Shown: positions 62,871 through 64,000 of the stretch, in pieces
Layout of the letters: each line of letters opens with the position of its first letter
How positions within the stretch are numbered: position 1 is the first letter of the stretch
Origin: Octopus sinensis
Taxonomy: Eukaryota
Assembly: GCF_006345805.1 (NCBI RefSeq)
Contig: NC_042997.1
Span: 175,770,001-175,834,000 of the forward strand
DNA: 64,000 bases
Reading direction: 5' to 3'
The notes under the pieces: generated by a model
Database searches by the model: none
What the model was told of the DNA's origin: nothing
What the model saw: the letters and a program-made list of their open reading frames with translations, nothing else
Program-made: the position numbers and the translations under genes

Positions 62871-64000
62871 CAGTCCTGTTTTTGAAAACTGATGTGACCA
62901 ACCTCACTCTTTCTGAGTAGGACTGGCCATGTCATTTCTCAACACAGAGTTTTGAGTAAAGCTCCTTTCTTCCTATAGCTCTAATATAACAGTAAACTAG
63001 AGTGAGGTTAGAAACTTATCAATATTTTACATGAAGTGATTGGCTGCTATTTAGACATAAGCAACTAGATCAATAACAGCAGGTCCAAGCATGATCTAAA
63101 CTACGATTATATGCTTAGCTTATCATGGACTTACGTTGTCAAGATTTCTGTTTTTCACAATATTTTTGTTTATCATGGTACAAATTTGACTGAGCGTCTA
63201 CTCCTGAAATACTTAGAAACTCATCATGAGCAATATACAACTGCAACCCACAAAACCTAGATATTAGAGCATCAGAAAATTTTTTATGGTAACATTTCAC
63301 TTTCTCGCATCTTAGACTGCTTCAGACTTCAGTGTTAGGAAATATACCTGTCTTGTGCACAACTAAAACTCTACATAATCCAACGGTGTGTTTATCTAGA
63401 CTACCACTGACACATAGAGAATAAATTATCAATCACAATAAACACATAAGCTTTAAACAATATTGATCATATACCTAGAAGGCTATCTCCTTTGTAGATA
63501 AGCCTTTACTCTTTTATAATCTCATATCTGGATGACTCATTTATAAGTAAATATGTTCGTGAGTGTTGTGTGAGCATTTCCTGAAATAACAGCATGTTCA
63601 ATTCTCTTCAATGTTTAATAGAAATCATTTCAATTTTACTTTATTGTAATCACTTTACCCATGATAATCTGAAAGGAAAAGTAATAAATTTCATGATATT
63701 GTGTGTATGTGTGTGCCAGAAATTTTTCTCTTGTTCTATTGTGCTTGTTAATTAGTGGATTAATAGTAATTTCTTACTTTCAGACAACACAGTTGCAAAC
63801 TTGTTGAAGAAGACAACATATACACATACTTACAGAAATAAGTATACACATAAAACACACACACATGCACATAAACACAAAATCCCATTTGTAGCACGTA
63901 AGTTGTTATACATGGTGGAAATGAACTTGTGGCTGAGTTTGATTGCTACTTAGAAACAGTGGTCAAAGGCATGGCTGAGAGTTTAAGAAGTTCATTTCAC

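Overview
AT-rich, repeat-dense animal genomic DNA, most likely an octopus or other coleoid cephalopod; this is inferred from the SINE/LINE repertoire and the long (AT)n/(CA)n tracts. The first ~27 kb holds the 3' half of a + strand choline transporter-like gene (CTL/SLC44A2/4/5 type). I reconstructed 13 in-frame coding exons by hand (1059-24814). The gene has a GT-AG U12-type minor intron (6665-6942) and an apparent mutually exclusive exon pair (20741-20841 vs 22334-22425). The rest is intergenic transposon debris: three tRNA-derived SINE families, RTE and CR1/L2-type LINE fragments, Penelope-like GIY-YIG fragments, Tc1/mariner fossils and TTAA-flanked MITEs. Most notable: (1) the mutually exclusive exon swapping the last loop of the transporter; (2) a GC-rich insert containing all parts of a hammerhead ribozyme in non-canonical order; (3) five hammerhead-like motifs on the minus strand at 38.9-48.2 kb, plus foldbacks hinged at hammerhead remnants; (4) tandem hairpin+pseudoknot units in the RTE 3'UTR. 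Repeat boundaries are read by eye and approximate; no database searches were run.
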